Shown one piece after another: positions 10,409 through 20,700 of a stretch of DNA of 32,000 bases. This stretch comes from Alkanindiges illinoisensis DSM 15370 (lineage in GTDB: Bacteria; Pseudomonadota; Gammaproteobacteria; Pseudomonadales; Moraxellaceae): contig NZ_JHUX01000004.1 of NCBI RefSeq assembly GCF_000619845.1, positions 1 through 32,000 of the forward strand, read 5' to 3'. Each line of letters begins with the position of its first letter. The stretch's first letter is position 1. The translations under genes were made by a program, and so were the position numbers. The notes beneath the pieces were generated by a model. The model saw nothing but the letters and a program-made list of their open reading frames with translations. It did not search any database and was not told where the DNA came from.

Positions 10409-11125
10409 TTACTGATCAATAATATCAGTACCCTTGGGCGGCGTAAAATTGAAAGCATTATTGCTCAGGGCCGGATTTAATTTGACATTGTTAAAGTTAA
10501 TGGTGGTTTGCTGGCCTAGGGAATCTTTCAGAATCATTTGAGATGGCGCGTTATTAGTAAAACGGATTCCTAGGCTTTCAAACACGCCATCCTCACTTTT
10601 CGGATATAGCACAAAATAAGGCTCGCTTCCATTAGGCTGGGTTACCCGGAATGATTTCATGATAGTGCCGGGCTGCCCGGACAATAACAGTGCTGGCGTA
10701 TTGCCCACCTGCTCATCCAGATTCTGGCGTACAGCCTGCTCAAGATCAGGATCGTAAATCCAGACCGTTTTGCCACTGGTCACAATGAGTTGTTTGGCCG
10801 GACTGGTGGTTTCCCATCTAAACTGACCAGGACGCTTTACCTGCATGGTGCCGACAAATTTCTGGTTCAAATGGGTGCTTTTAAGCCCCTGATTGGCCAT
10901 TGGTCGTGCGGGTGCTTTACCACTTGCTTGCGTGGTTTGCACAAAACTGGCCTGCATACTGCCAAGACGTGACAGGTACTGGTTCAAACTGGCTGTAGCT
11001 GCACTTTCACTAATCTGATTACTATTCTGGGCAGGCGCTGCATAGGCACTTAAAATAAAAGCAGGCGTGAAGAATACACTGGTGGTCAATAGTGTGGTAA
11101 GTAACGTATTTTTAATCGTTTTCAT
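10409..11125 (-). CDS. lolA: Outer-membrane lipoprotein carrier protein LolA
   Basis: 238-aa ORF with an N-terminal signal peptide ending 'LSAYA|AP'. LolA-like blocks include 'ASFVQTT', 'GTMQVKRPGQFRWET' and 'IVTSGKTVWIYDPDLEQA'. Its position next to serS is conserved in gammaproteobacteria. Confidence 0.8.
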   Translation of the reverse strand: MKTIKNTLLTTLLTTSVFFTPAFILSAYAAPAQNSNQISESAATASLNQYLSRLGSMQASFVQTTQASGKAPARPMANQGLKSTHLNQKFVGTMQVKRPGQFRWETTSPAKQLIVTSGKTVWIYDPDLEQAVRQNLDEQVGNTPALLLSGQPGTIMKSFRVTQPNGSEPYFVLYPKSEDGVFESLGIRFTNNAPSQMILKDSLGQQTTINFNNVKLNPALSNNAFNFTPPKGTDIIDQ

Positions 11126-11340
11126 AAGATACCCTTAAAGCAATGTATTGATTCAACAACAGTAAATATGCCAATTAAACTGTGAATATTCTAGGTTACA
11201 ACTGTGTATTGAATAGTAAAAATGTCAATGTTTTTCTAATGTTGAATAAAATGCGGCTTATTTATGAAATATTTTGTAATACCTTATCCACACTATTAGA
11301 GCTGTTTATTTGTCATAGAGAAATTTTAACGCTAAATAAT

Positions 11341-11369
11341 AAAAAACCCGCTAGAGTAGCGGGCTTTTT
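11341..11369 (-). terminator. Rho-independent terminator of the rplU-rpmA operon
   Basis: cccgcta (11347-11353) pairs with tagcggg (11357-11363) around a 3-nt loop. It is followed by T6 on the minus strand (A6 at 11341-11346). Confidence 0.8.
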
Positions 11370-11390
11370 ATCTGTGTAGACAGTGAAGTA

Positions 11391-11642
11391 TTACACTACA
11401 GTCACGTAGCGACGGCCAAAAGCGCCTTTAACTTCAAACTTAACTACACCATCAGCAGTTGCAAACAGGGTATGGTCACGACCAAGACCTACGTTTGCAC
11501 CTGGATGGAATTCTGTACCACGTTGACGCACGATGATGTTACCAGCAACAACAGTTTGACCGCCGTAAACTTTAACACCCAGCATCTTTGGATTGGAATC
11601 ACGACCGTTACGTGTGGATCCACCAGCTTTCTTGTGAGCCAT
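11391..11642 (-). CDS. rpmA: 50S ribosomal protein L27
   Basis: 83-aa ORF starting '[24 protein letters not shown]', the canonical L27 N-terminus. Confidence 0.95.
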   Translation of the reverse strand: MAHKKAGGSTRNGRDSNPKMLGVKVYGGQTVVAGNIIVRQRGTEFHPGANVGLGRDHTLFATADGVVKFEVKGAFGRRYVTVV

Positions 11643-11662
11643 GTCTTATACTCCTCGTATGA

Positions 11663-11974
11663 TTAGCCGTCGATACCGGTAATTTTCAGCTCGGTAAACC
11701 ATTGACGGTGACCTTGCTGCTTACGGTAGTGTTTACGACGACGCATTTTAACGATGCGAATTTTGTCGTGACGACCATGACCAAGCACTTCTGCGGTTAC
11801 GGTAGCGCCAGCAACTACTGGTGCACCAATTTGAATGCTGTCGCCATTCACAACCATCAGTACATCATCAAATGTAAGGGTTGAGCCAGTTTCAGCTTTT
11901 AACAGTTCAACTTTTAGCGTTTCGCCAATAACAACACGATGCTGCTTGCCGCCGCTTTGAATTACTGCGTACAT
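11663..11974 (-). CDS. rplU: 50S ribosomal protein L21
   Basis: 103-aa ORF starting '[14 protein letters not shown]', the canonical L21 start. It lies 20 nt upstream of rpmA, and a GGAG Shine-Dalgarno lies 8 nt before the ATG. Confidence 0.95.
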   Translation of the reverse strand: MYAVIQSGGKQHRVVIGETLKVELLKAETGSTLTFDDVLMVVNGDSIQIGAPVVAGATVTAEVLGHGRHDKIRIVKMRRRKHYRKQQGHRQWFTELKITGIDG

Positions 11975-12066
11975 GAATGTACTCCATCATGCCCGTGTCG
12001 TCGTGCCGATAACGGATTTTATCGATCTTAAAACGAGCGCCACTGGGGGTACTTGCAAGGGGACGT

Positions 12067-12095
12067 ATTTTAGGCAAAGGCTTGGGCTTTGACAA
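12067..12095 (-). promoter_or_regulatory. Candidate sigma70 promoter of rplU-rpmA
   Basis: On the minus strand: TTGTCA (rc of 12090-12095), an exact 17-nt spacer, then TAAAAT (rc of 12067-12072). This predicts a leader of about 85 nt before the rplU ATG. Confidence 0.5.
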
Positions 12096-12349
12096 GGTCT
12101 TTTGCGGGCTTTTAACCATATTGCTGCTTAGGCTTTGGTTTTATTACCTTAATTAAAAATAAACTGTTGAATATAATACTGGAAGTTGTGTTTTTGACTA
12201 GTTAGCATAACGTGCATACAGCAGTTGCCTTGAGGGCTAGGACTTTAGGCAGGTGACAGCCTGACCACTTGGTTTTTTGCAGCGTTTTTGGGTATAACAG
12301 TATTTAGCAGCTTATAAAATACAATGCATTTTTAGGGTTTTTAAAACAC

Positions 12350-13336
12350 ATGGTTGATTTCAAACAGGATATTCTTGCCCCTGTCGCTAGCGACTTTGCT
12401 GCAATGGATCATTTTATTCAAACTGGCATTAATTCCAAGGTGCCTCTGGTGATGTCGGTTAGTCGCTATGTGGTGGAAGCTGGTGGCAAGCGCATGCGTC
12501 CCTTGATGTGCCTGCTGGCGGCGCGTGCCTGTAGTAATGTGGATAACAATCTGGATAAAGAGGCCAGTTTGCGACTGGCAGCCATTATTGAAATGCTGCA
12601 TACCGCAACCCTGGTGCATGATGATGTGGTGGATGAATCCGGCCTGCGCCGTGGTCGCCCAACGGCCAATGCCACCTGGAATAATGCAACGGCGGTACTG
12701 GTAGGTGACTACCTGATTGCGCGTGCCTTTGACCTGCTGGTGAGCTTAAAAGACTTTAGCTTATTACAGGAATTTTCATCTGGCACCTGTGAAATTGCCG
12801 AAGGTGAGGTATTGCAGTTGCAGTACCAGCATAACCCGGATACCGATGAAGCCACCTACCTAAAAATTATTCATGGCAAGACTTCACGCCTTTTCGAACT
12901 GGCGACTGAAGGTGCTGCAATTCTGGCGGGTCAGCCGCAGCACCGTGCGGCACTAAAAGCCTACGCCGGACATTTTGGTAATGCCTTTCAGATTGTGGAT
13001 GACATTCTGGACTATACGTCGGATGCCGACACACTGGGCAAGAACATCGGTGATGACTTGATGGAAGGCAAACCGACGCTGCCGCTGATCGCTGCCCTGA
13101 TGAATGCAACACCTGATGAACAACAATTATTAAAAACAACCATACAGACAGGTGGCGTAGAATCGCTGGACCGAATTATCCGTATTGTTCAGGACTCAGG
13201 TGCGCTGGATTATTGTCGTAAGCGTGCAACCGAGGAAACACATAATGCCGTTGCTGCACTGGACAGTTTGCCTGATTCCATTTACCGGCAGGCGCTGGAA
13301 AATCTGGCGCGTCTGGCGCTGACCCGTATTAGTTAA
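12350..13336 (+). CDS. ispB: Octaprenyl-diphosphate synthase (long-chain trans-prenyl diphosphate synthase)
   Basis: 328-aa ORF colinear with E. coli IspB as I recall it. The two aspartate-rich motifs are 'LVHDDVVDES' and 'FQIVDDILDY'. It is divergent from rplU-rpmA, as in E. coli. Confidence 0.9.
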   Translation: MVDFKQDILAPVASDFAAMDHFIQTGINSKVPLVMSVSRYVVEAGGKRMRPLMCLLAARACSNVDNNLDKEASLRLAAIIEMLHTATLVHDDVVDESGLRRGRPTANATWNNATAVLVGDYLIARAFDLLVSLKDFSLLQEFSSGTCEIAEGEVLQLQYQHNPDTDEATYLKIIHGKTSRLFELATEGAAILAGQPQHRAALKAYAGHFGNAFQIVDDILDYTSDADTLGKNIGDDLMEGKPTLPLIAALMNATPDEQQLLKTTIQTGGVESLDRIIRIVQDSGALDYCRKRATEETHNAVAALDSLPDSIYRQALENLARLALTRIS

Positions 13337-13370
13337 CTTTATATGCTTTACACTTTTTTATTCAGGGACC

Positions 13371-15434
13371 ATGCCTGTTATGCACATTGATTTTCATGAT
13401 CTGTTTGAGAGCATGGAGGCCCAGTTAAAAAAAGGAGATTTTACCCAAGCCACCCCGGATACACTGGTTGAACTGGTAGCACGCCTGCGCCCCAAAGATG
13501 CCTATGATGAAGAAGAAATTCAGGATCGGCTGGGCGAGCTGATTGAGCTATTAATTGCCAAGCCGCATCATGCCACCATATTGCATGACTATATTATGTC
13601 AACGCTGGCCAATTACCAGCAGATTAGCCTGTATGCGGACAGTAGCCTGCTGGGCAATGAAAGTTTTTTTAGTGAACTCACTCGGCGGATTGGCAATCAT
13701 TTCCTGCCACCGCTGCGTGACCAGTCCCAGTTAAGCGATTTATTCCGTCAGGTTTTCTGTCACCGCTATGACCCGATATGGCTGGATCATATTGATCTGG
13801 CCTGCTGGCAGGAGCTAATGACCCTGATTGTCCAGCCGTATGGAAGAATTGACTTGCGGGTACAGGCACGCGAACAGGTACTGAATGCCATGATGGTGAT
13901 TTCGTACCGGATTACAGCTTTAAGCCTTGATCCTGAATTTGCCCATGCCTACCCTGACCTGAATGAATATGAATCACCTTTTTTAATTCAAAACCGTGAA
14001 ATTCTGGATTTTATCCAGCGCTATCGCGAATATACCTCAGAAGAAAATCTGCGCTGGCCGCCACTACTCCCTGATGAAAAACAGGCATTGGTCATGCTGG
14101 ACCAGTGTAGTGATGTGCTGAACCGTATCAAGCGTGGTACGCGGCGCAGTGGGGTAAGCCTAAGCCTGACCAATATTTTACTTAAAATGGATCAATGCCT
14201 GACCCGTATTGAATTGCTGTTTTATTTATTGCTGGATGATGCGATTCAGGTACAGGACTCGCTGATTGCCCTGCTACGCCAACTGAGCAAAACCCAACTG
14301 GATGCCACCAGTATTCGTGGGCTAGTGTCTGCCAATACCGAGCTGCTGGCCCGGCAGGTGACGGAAAATGCCAGTCGCACTGGCGGACATTATGTCAGTA
14401 CCGACAAACAGGGCTTTGTAGACATGTACCGTTCGGCAGCCGGTGCAGGCATGATCATTGCCTGTATGTCTACGCTAAAAATACTGGCCGGACGGCTAAC
14501 ACTGGCGCCATTAAGTCAGGCATTTATTTACAGCATGAACTACTCGCTGGGTTTTATGCTGATTCATATCCTGCATTTTACCGTGGCGACCAAACAGCCT
14601 GCCATGACAGCTGCAGCACTGGCAGCTACCGTTCAGCAAAATATTGGCAACCGTGCCGCGCAAATGGCGGAGCTGGCAGAACTGACGGTCAACATCATGC
14701 GAACCCAGTTTGTGGCCATTCTGGGTAATATTTCAATTGCCATGCCCACGGCCTTTATTATTACTTCATTCTGGCAATTCAGCACGGGGCAGCCATTGCT
14801 CTCCCCACAAAAGGCTGAATACCTGCTGCACAGTATCAATCCGTTTACTTCGCTGGCCATTCCGCATGCAGCCATTGCTGGCGTATGCCTGTTTTTATCT
14901 GGGCTGATTGCAGGCTATTACGACAACCTTGCTGTCTATCGTAAAATTGGACCACGGATGCGCCAACACCCTAAACTGAATCAGTGGCTGGGGGCTGAGC
15001 GGCTGGATCGTGTGGCCGGATATATTGAACAGAACCTGGGCGCACTGGCCGGCAATTTCTGGTTTGGTATCATGCTGGGCAGCGTTGGCACCATTGGCTT
15101 TATTTTAGGGTTGCCGATTGATATTCGCCATATTGCCTTTTCGTCTGCCAATTTTATTCAGGGCTTGATGTGCGTCAATGGCATGCCCGACATTGGTCTG
15201 GTGGTGGTGTCATTTCTGGGCGTCATGCTGATTGGCCTAACCAACCTGCTGGTGAGTTTTGGCTTGGCCCTGTTTGTTGCCCTGCGCGCGCGTCAGGTGA
15301 AGTATGAGCAATGGCGTCCGCTGTTGCGCCTGCTACTCACCCATTTTATGACCCGGCCTTCCGATTTTTTCTGGCCGCCTAAAGAAGACAAAACCACAGC
15401 TTCGCTTGAAGATAAATCCTCTTCTCACTTCTAA
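13371..15434 (+). CDS. Large polytopic membrane protein of the family usually annotated 'site-specific recombinase' (Gcr/SpecificRecomb-like); true function unknown
   Basis: 687-aa ORF. The roughly 360-aa N-terminal region is soluble. At least 5 strongly hydrophobic segments follow, for example 'GAGMIIACMSTLKILAG', 'FVAILGNISIAMPTAFIITSFW', 'AAIAGVCLFLSGLIAGYY', 'FWFGIMLGSVGTIGFILGL' and 'IGLVVVSFLGVMLIGLTNLLVSFGLALFVAL'. The family assignment is from memory of Acinetobacter/Neisseria annotations. It starts 34 nt after ispB. Confidence 0.5.
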   Translation: MPVMHIDFHDLFESMEAQLKKGDFTQATPDTLVELVARLRPKDAYDEEEIQDRLGELIELLIAKPHHATILHDYIMSTLANYQQISLYADSSLLGNESFFSELTRRIGNHFLPPLRDQSQLSDLFRQVFCHRYDPIWLDHIDLACWQELMTLIVQPYGRIDLRVQAREQVLNAMMVISYRITALSLDPEFAHAYPDLNEYESPFLIQNREILDFIQRYREYTSEENLRWPPLLPDEKQALVMLDQCSDVLNRIKRGTRRSGVSLSLTNILLKMDQCLTRIELLFYLLLDDAIQVQDSLIALLRQLSKTQLDATSIRGLVSANTELLARQVTENASRTGGHYVSTDKQGFVDMYRSAAGAGMIIACMSTLKILAGRLTLAPLSQAFIYSMNYSLGFMLIHILHFTVATKQPAMTAAALAATVQQNIGNRAAQMAELAELTVNIMRTQFVAILGNISIAMPTAFIITSFWQFSTGQPLLSPQKAEYLLHSINPFTSLAIPHAAIAGVCLFLSGLIAGYYDNLAVYRKIGPRMRQHPKLNQWLGAERLDRVAGYIEQNLGALAGNFWFGIMLGSVGTIGFILGLPIDIRHIAFSSANFIQGLMCVNGMPDIGLVVVSFLGVMLIGLTNLLVSFGLALFVALRARQVKYEQWRPLLRLLLTHFMTRPSDFFWPPKEDKTTASLEDKSSSHF

Positions 15435-15549
15435 AAACTGCATTTCAGGATAATTTTCTTGCTGTGCAGGCCGATTTTATAATTAAAAAATAACTGGTTA
15501 CTTATTATTTTTTGATTATTTAAGTTATTTTTAAAAAATAGGCTTGATT

Positions 15550-15573
15550 AAAGTGTACTGGCTGGTACACTTT
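15550..15573. promoter_or_regulatory. Perfect 9-bp inverted repeat (candidate operator, or a weak terminator) upstream of PAP2-adeIJK
   Basis: aaagtgtac (15550-15558), spacer tggctg, then gtacacttt (15565-15573). It lies in a 187-bp AT-rich spacer, 49 nt upstream of the PAP2 start. Confidence 0.4.
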
Positions 15574-15621
15574 TACTGCTTAGATGATGACTAATTATTT
15601 TTATGCTTAACGGTAAGCACA

Positions 15622-16332
15622 GTGAAAATAACATTGGGTAAAAATTTAGCGCATGCTGCATTGGCCAGATTATTTATGGCTATAGTTTTGGCTGGCCTAC
15701 TGTTTATCCTTTTGGCAATTGCTGTCCAGTACCCAGCGTTAACACAGTGGGAAACCGGTCTGTTATGGCACGTTCATGCATGGCATAACCCTATGCTTGA
15801 TCAACTGGCGCTGGTGCTGGCTTATCTGGGCGGTATGCCTGCCATGATTGTCATCACGCTGGTGGTTAGTGTAGTAGCCTTTTGCAAAAACCGTACAGAT
15901 TTCAGTTGGTTTGCATGGGCTGCATTTGGTGGTGCTGTTAATATAGGCTGGCTTTGTAAAGCTGGCTTTTCCCGTTTGCGTCCAGCAGTCTGGGAGCAAA
16001 TTGCACCCTTTTACGGAGATTCATTTCCCAGCAATCACAGTTTATATGCCATGACACTGGCCGTAATGTTATGGGTTATGGCCTTGAATACACCGTGGCG
16101 AGCGGTAGTACTGTTCTTTGGCGCAGTATGGAGTATGGCTATGGGGCTATCCCGTCTTTATCTGGGGGCACATTTTCCAACCGATGTTCTGGCAGGCTGG
16201 AGTCTTGGCATTGTGTGGTCGGGTTTGCTCTGCTGGTTATTTATTCATTTTAATTTTTTCCGGTTTGATCCTTTTCAACCAAATCATTTTCAACATCGCG
16301 CCAGCAAGTCTGCTGGCAATCATGAGGTGTAA
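15622..16332 (+). CDS. PAP2-superfamily lipid phosphatase (undecaprenyl-diphosphate / phosphatidate / lipid A phosphatase-like)
   Basis: 236-aa membrane ORF carrying all three PAP2 signature blocks: 'KAGFSRLRP' (KxxxxxxRP), 'PSNHS' (PSGH-like) and 'SRLYLGAHFPTD' (SRxxxxxHxxxD). The GTG start has no convincing Shine-Dalgarno, so the exact start is uncertain. Confidence 0.8.
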   Translation: MKITLGKNLAHAALARLFMAIVLAGLLFILLAIAVQYPALTQWETGLLWHVHAWHNPMLDQLALVLAYLGGMPAMIVITLVVSVVAFCKNRTDFSWFAWAAFGGAVNIGWLCKAGFSRLRPAVWEQIAPFYGDSFPSNHSLYAMTLAVMLWVMALNTPWRAVVLFFGAVWSMAMGLSRLYLGAHFPTDVLAGWSLGIVWSGLLCWLFIHFNFFRFDPFQPNHFQHRASKSAGNHEV

Positions 16333-16334
16333 TT

Positions 16335-17699
16335 ATGTTGTTAGCAAAACAATGGGCGCGTGTGGCGGTGTACTCGACGTTAGCTGCCAGCGTTGCGCTC
16401 ACTGGCTGTAATAAAAAAGAAGAAGCAGGCGGTGGTGCAGCGGCAGCAGGAGCGCAGCAAATGCCGCCTCCTGAAGTTACTGTGGTGGTGGCACAAAAAC
16501 AGGCCGTCGAACAAACGGTTGATCTGGCTGGCCGTACAGCAGCCTACCAGATTTCCGAAGTACGTCCACAGGTTAGTGGTATTGTGCAAAAACGCCTGTT
16601 TGTGGAAGGCAGTTATGTAAAAGAAGGCCAGCCACTGTATTCTATTGATGCCAATACCTATCAGGCTACGGTGAGCAATGCCCGCGCTGCACTCAACCGC
16701 CAGATTGCCAACCTGAATGCGCTAAAGGTCAAGGAAAACCGATATAGACAGCTGGTAGGCACCAATGCCATCAGTAAGCAGGAATACGATGATGTTGCCG
16801 CGCAGGTAGCACTGGCTCAGGCCGATGTAGCTGCCAGCCGTGCCACGCTGGAAAATGCCAATATCAGTCTGGGATATGCCACAGTACGTGCACCAATTTC
16901 CGGCCAGACCAGCCGTTCCAATGTGACTGCCGGTGCGCTAGTAACCGCCGGACAGGCTGACCCGATGGTAACTGTCCAGCAGCTTGATCCGATTTATGTG
17001 GACATTAGCCAGTCCAGTGCCGACCTGTTGCGTTTGCGCCAGCAAATGAATCAGGGGCAGCTGTCCGGTGCTGATAGCAGTGCCCGTGTCAAATTAACCC
17101 TTGAAGATGGCAGCACTTATCCAGTTGAAGGCCGTCTGGCGTTTTCCGGCGTGAGTGTTGATCCAAGCAGTGGTGCCGTGACCTTGCGCGCAATTTTTGC
17201 CAACCCGTCTCACCTGCTGCTGCCGGGTATGTATGTGACTGCCAAGCTGGTTCAGGGTGTGAATAACAACGCTATGCTGATTCCACAACAGGCAGTAACA
17301 CGCACTCCACAAGGTGATGCCAACGTGATGGTTATTAATAATCAGGGCATGGTTGAGGTAAAACCAGTTGTTACTGCAGGCACTCAGGGTAGTTACTGGA
17401 TTATCAACAGTGGATTGAACGAAGGTGACAAGGTGATTGTTGAAGGAATTGCCAAAGTCCAGCCGGGTGCACCTGCTAAAGCCGTACTGGCCCAGCCAAA
17501 AGCCGAAGCCAGCCAAAATGCGGCTGGTTCAAATGCAAGTACTGGTGCCGGTAATACTGGTGGTAGCAATACTGCTTCTGGTAATGCTGGTAGCGCAGCA
17601 AAGCAGTCAGCTCCGGCGGCGGGTGCAGCAGTTTCAAATGCAGCCCCTGCTGCAAATGGCCAAGCACAATCCGCTCAACAATCATCAGCTCAACGTTAA
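16335..17699 (+). CDS. adeI: RND efflux periplasmic adaptor lipoprotein, AdeI-like, with an extra low-complexity C-terminal tail
   Basis: 454-aa ORF with a signal peptide and lipobox 'ALTGC'. It has long colinear similarity to A. baumannii AdeI as I recall it, for example 'RTAAYQISEVRPQVSGI', 'QQLDPIYVDISQSSADLLRLRQQ' and 'HLLLPGMYVTAKLVQG'. A GAGGTG Shine-Dalgarno lies inside the 3' end of the PAP2 gene. Confidence 0.8.
   Translation: MLLAKQWARVAVYSTLAASVALTGCNKKEEAGGGAAAAGAQQMPPPEVTVVVAQKQAVEQTVDLAGRTAAYQISEVRPQVSGIVQKRLFVEGSYVKEGQPLYSIDANTYQATVSNARAALNRQIANLNALKVKENRYRQLVGTNAISKQEYDDVAAQVALAQADVAASRATLENANISLGYATVRAPISGQTSRSNVTAGALVTAGQADPMVTVQQLDPIYVDISQSSADLLRLRQQMNQGQLSGADSSARVKLTLEDGSTYPVEGRLAFSGVSVDPSSGAVTLRAIFANPSHLLLPGMYVTAKLVQGVNNNAMLIPQQAVTRTPQGDANVMVINNQGMVEVKPVVTAGTQGSYWIINSGLNEGDKVIVEGIAKVQPGAPAKAVLAQPKAEASQNAAGSNASTGAGNTGGSNTASGNAGSAAKQSAPAAGAAVSNAAPAANGQAQSAQQSSAQR
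17541..17585 (+). repeat. Degenerate 15-nt (5-codon) tandem repeat inside the adeI tail
   Basis: The three units are actggtgccggtaat / actggtggtagcaat / actgcttctggtaat, with 11-12 of 15 identities to the first unit. They encode TGAGN/TGGSN/TASGN. Confidence 0.7.
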
Positions 17700-17712
17700 G
17701 GAGCGATGACCT

Positions 17713-20700
17713 ATGTCACGTTTTTTTATTGATCGCCCCATTTTTGCCTGGGTGATTGCAATTGTTGCCATGCTGGCCGGTATTATATCCGTGCTTAACA
17801 TGCCAATTGCGCAATATCCCACTATTGCACCGCCTACTATTACGGTGAATGCAATCTATCCGGGTGCGTCTGCCAAAACTGCTGAAGATTCTGTGACCCA
17901 GATTATTGAGCAGCAGATGAATGGACTGGATGGCCTGCAATATATTTCATCACAAAGCTCTGGTGATGGCCGCTCAACAGTAACCTTAAGCTTTATTCAG
18001 GGAACCAATCCGGATATTGCTCAGGTTCAGGTACAAAACAAGCTTCAAGCCGCTACTCCATTATTGCCAGAAGAAGTACAACGTCAGGGTATTCGAGTAA
18101 CCAAGTCTGGTGCCAGCTTCCTGCAGGTACTGGCCTTTGTCTCTGAGGATGGCTCGCTTAGTGGGGGTGATATTAAAGATTATGTCACCTCTACAATTGC
18201 CGATCCATTAAGCCGTGTTGAGGGCGTTGGTGAAATTCAGGTGTTTGGCGGTTCGTATGCCATGCGTATCTGGCTGGATCCTGCCAAGCTGATGAGCTAT
18301 CAGTTGACGCCGGCAGATATTAGCACTGCAATTCGTGCCCAGAATACCCAGGTTTCTGTGGGCCAGCTGGGTGGTGCGCCCTCGGTGGCCGGACAGCAAC
18401 TGAATGCCACGATTAATGCACAAAGTCGCCTGCAAACGCCAGAAGAGTTCCGCAATATTTTCCTAAAAACCATGCCTAACGGCGCTCAGGTCCGCTTGCA
18501 GGATGTTGCCCGCGTTGAGCTGGGTAGTGATAACTATCAGTTTGATTCCCGTTTTAATGGCAAGCCCGCAGGTGGTGTCGCGATTCGTCTGGCAACAGGT
18601 GCTAACGCGCTGGATACTGCTGAAGCTGTTGAAGCACGAATGCAGGAACTGCGCAAGAATTACCCCGCTGGCTTAAAGGATGTAGTAGCCTTTGATACCA
18701 CGCCATTCATTAAAATATCAATTGAAGATGTGGTAAAAACCTTACTGGAAGCTATTGTACTCGTATTTCTGGTAATGTTCCTGTTTCTGCAAAACTGGCG
18801 TGCAACCATCATTCCTACGCTGGCAGTACCGGTTGTTATTTTAGGTACTTTTGCAATCATTAATCTCCTGGGCTTTTCCATCAATACCCTCACCATGTTT
18901 GGTATGGTACTAGCCATTGGCCTCTTGGTCGATGATGCCATTGTGGTGGTGGAAAACGTTGAGCGGGTAATGCAGGATGAAAAACTCTCACCAGTTGAAG
19001 CTACCCGCAAGTCAATGGGCCAGATTTCAGGGGCATTAGTAGGTATTACCACGGTATTGTCTGCTGTATTTATTCCAATGGCTTTTTTTGGTGGTTCAAC
19101 CGGAGTGATTTACCGTCAGTTCTCGGTCACACTAGTCACCTCAATGGTGCTTTCAGTACTAGTCGCGTTGATCTTTACTCCCGCCTTATGTGCCACCATT
19201 TTGCGTAAAAGTGATGTCGACCATCACAATAAAAAGGGCTTTTTTGGCTGGTTTAACCGTAATTTTGAAAAAGCCAGTCATGGTTATCAGGGTTTTGTAG
19301 ACAAGTTGCTTCATCATACTATTCCTGTGGGAATTGTTTATGCTGCAATTATTGCAATACTAGCAGTACTGTTTATCAGAATGCCCACTGCTTTCTTGCC
19401 CAATGAAGATCAAGGAGTAATTTTTACCTTAATCCAGTTACCGCCCAATGCAACGCTGGATCGCACCAATAAAGCAATTGAACAAGTTAACTATTACTAC
19501 CTGAACCATGAAAAAGATGTAGTGGAGTCTGTCTTTAGTGTGGCTGGCTTTAGTTTTACGGGTATTGGCCAAAATGCGGGTATTGCATTTGTCAAACTCA
19601 AAGACTGGGATGAACGCACCAGTGCGGACTTTAAAGTGCCTGCACTGGTACAACGTTCTATGGGTGCCTTAAGCCAGATCAAGGATACTGCGTATGTATT
19701 GCCTGTTGCTCCTCCAGCAGTAATTGAGCTGGGCACAGCCAATGGTTTTAACCTGCAACTTAAAGATGTGAGCGGTATGGGGCATGCCAAGCTGGTTGAG
19801 GCACGTAACATGCTTCTGGGCATGGCGGGACAGGCATCTGATACAGTAGTACGCGTGCGCCCTAATGGTCAGGAAGATACTCCACAATACCAGATTAATA
19901 TCGATCAGGCACAAGCCGGAGCAATGGGGGTTAGTATTGCTGATATTAACAGCCTCATGTCCACGGCCTGGGGTGGTACTTATGTGAATGACTTTATTGA
20001 TCGTGGTCGTGTTAAAAAGGTTTATGTCCAGGGTGATACTGAAGCCCGGATGACGCCTGAAGATATGAACAAGTGGTATGTTCGTAATAGCCAGGGAGCA
20101 ATGATCCCATTTTCAGCTTTCGCCACCGGGCAATGGAGTTATGGGTCACCACGTCTGGAGCGTTATAATGGCGTGTCATCTGTCAATATTCAGGGTGAAG
20201 CAGCACCTGGCGTAAGTTCTGGTGATGCCATGCGCGCCATGGAACAAATGATTGCTAAGCTACCACCTGGTCTTGATTATGAATGGACTGGTTTATCGCT
20301 TGAAGAACAAAGTTCCGGTGCCCAGGCTCCGATGCTGTATACCCTTTCCTTGCTCATTGTTTTCCTATGTCTGGCAGCATTGTATGAAAGCTGGTCAGTG
20401 CCATTTTCCGTACTACTGGTTGTACCATTAGGCATCCTTGGTGCTGTACTGTTTACAACTTTACGTCATTTAAGTAACGATATTTACTTCCAAGTTGCTA
20501 TTTTGGCAGTGATCGGTTTGTCTGCTAAAAACGCCATCCTAATTGTTGAATTTGCCAAGGAACAACAGGAAGCCGGGCGCGAACTCAGGGTAGCTATTCT
20601 TGAAGCCGTACGCTTGCGTTTACGCCCTATTGTTATGACCTCACTTGCATTTGGCTTTGGTGTGATTCCACTGGCTATCAGTAATGGCGCCGGTGCTGGT

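Noticed and set aside
11182-11379. A 65-aa + strand ORF between lolA and rpmA.
   Set aside because: It starts in AT-rich intergenic sequence, runs through the rpmA terminator hairpin, and has an AT-biased composition. It is probably spurious.
11907-12119. A 70-aa minus-strand ORF overlapping the rplU start and leader.
   Set aside because: It is out of frame with rplU and overlaps the predicted rplU promoter and leader. Its start (12119) lies upstream of the predicted promoter and TSS, so it is likely to be absent from the transcript.
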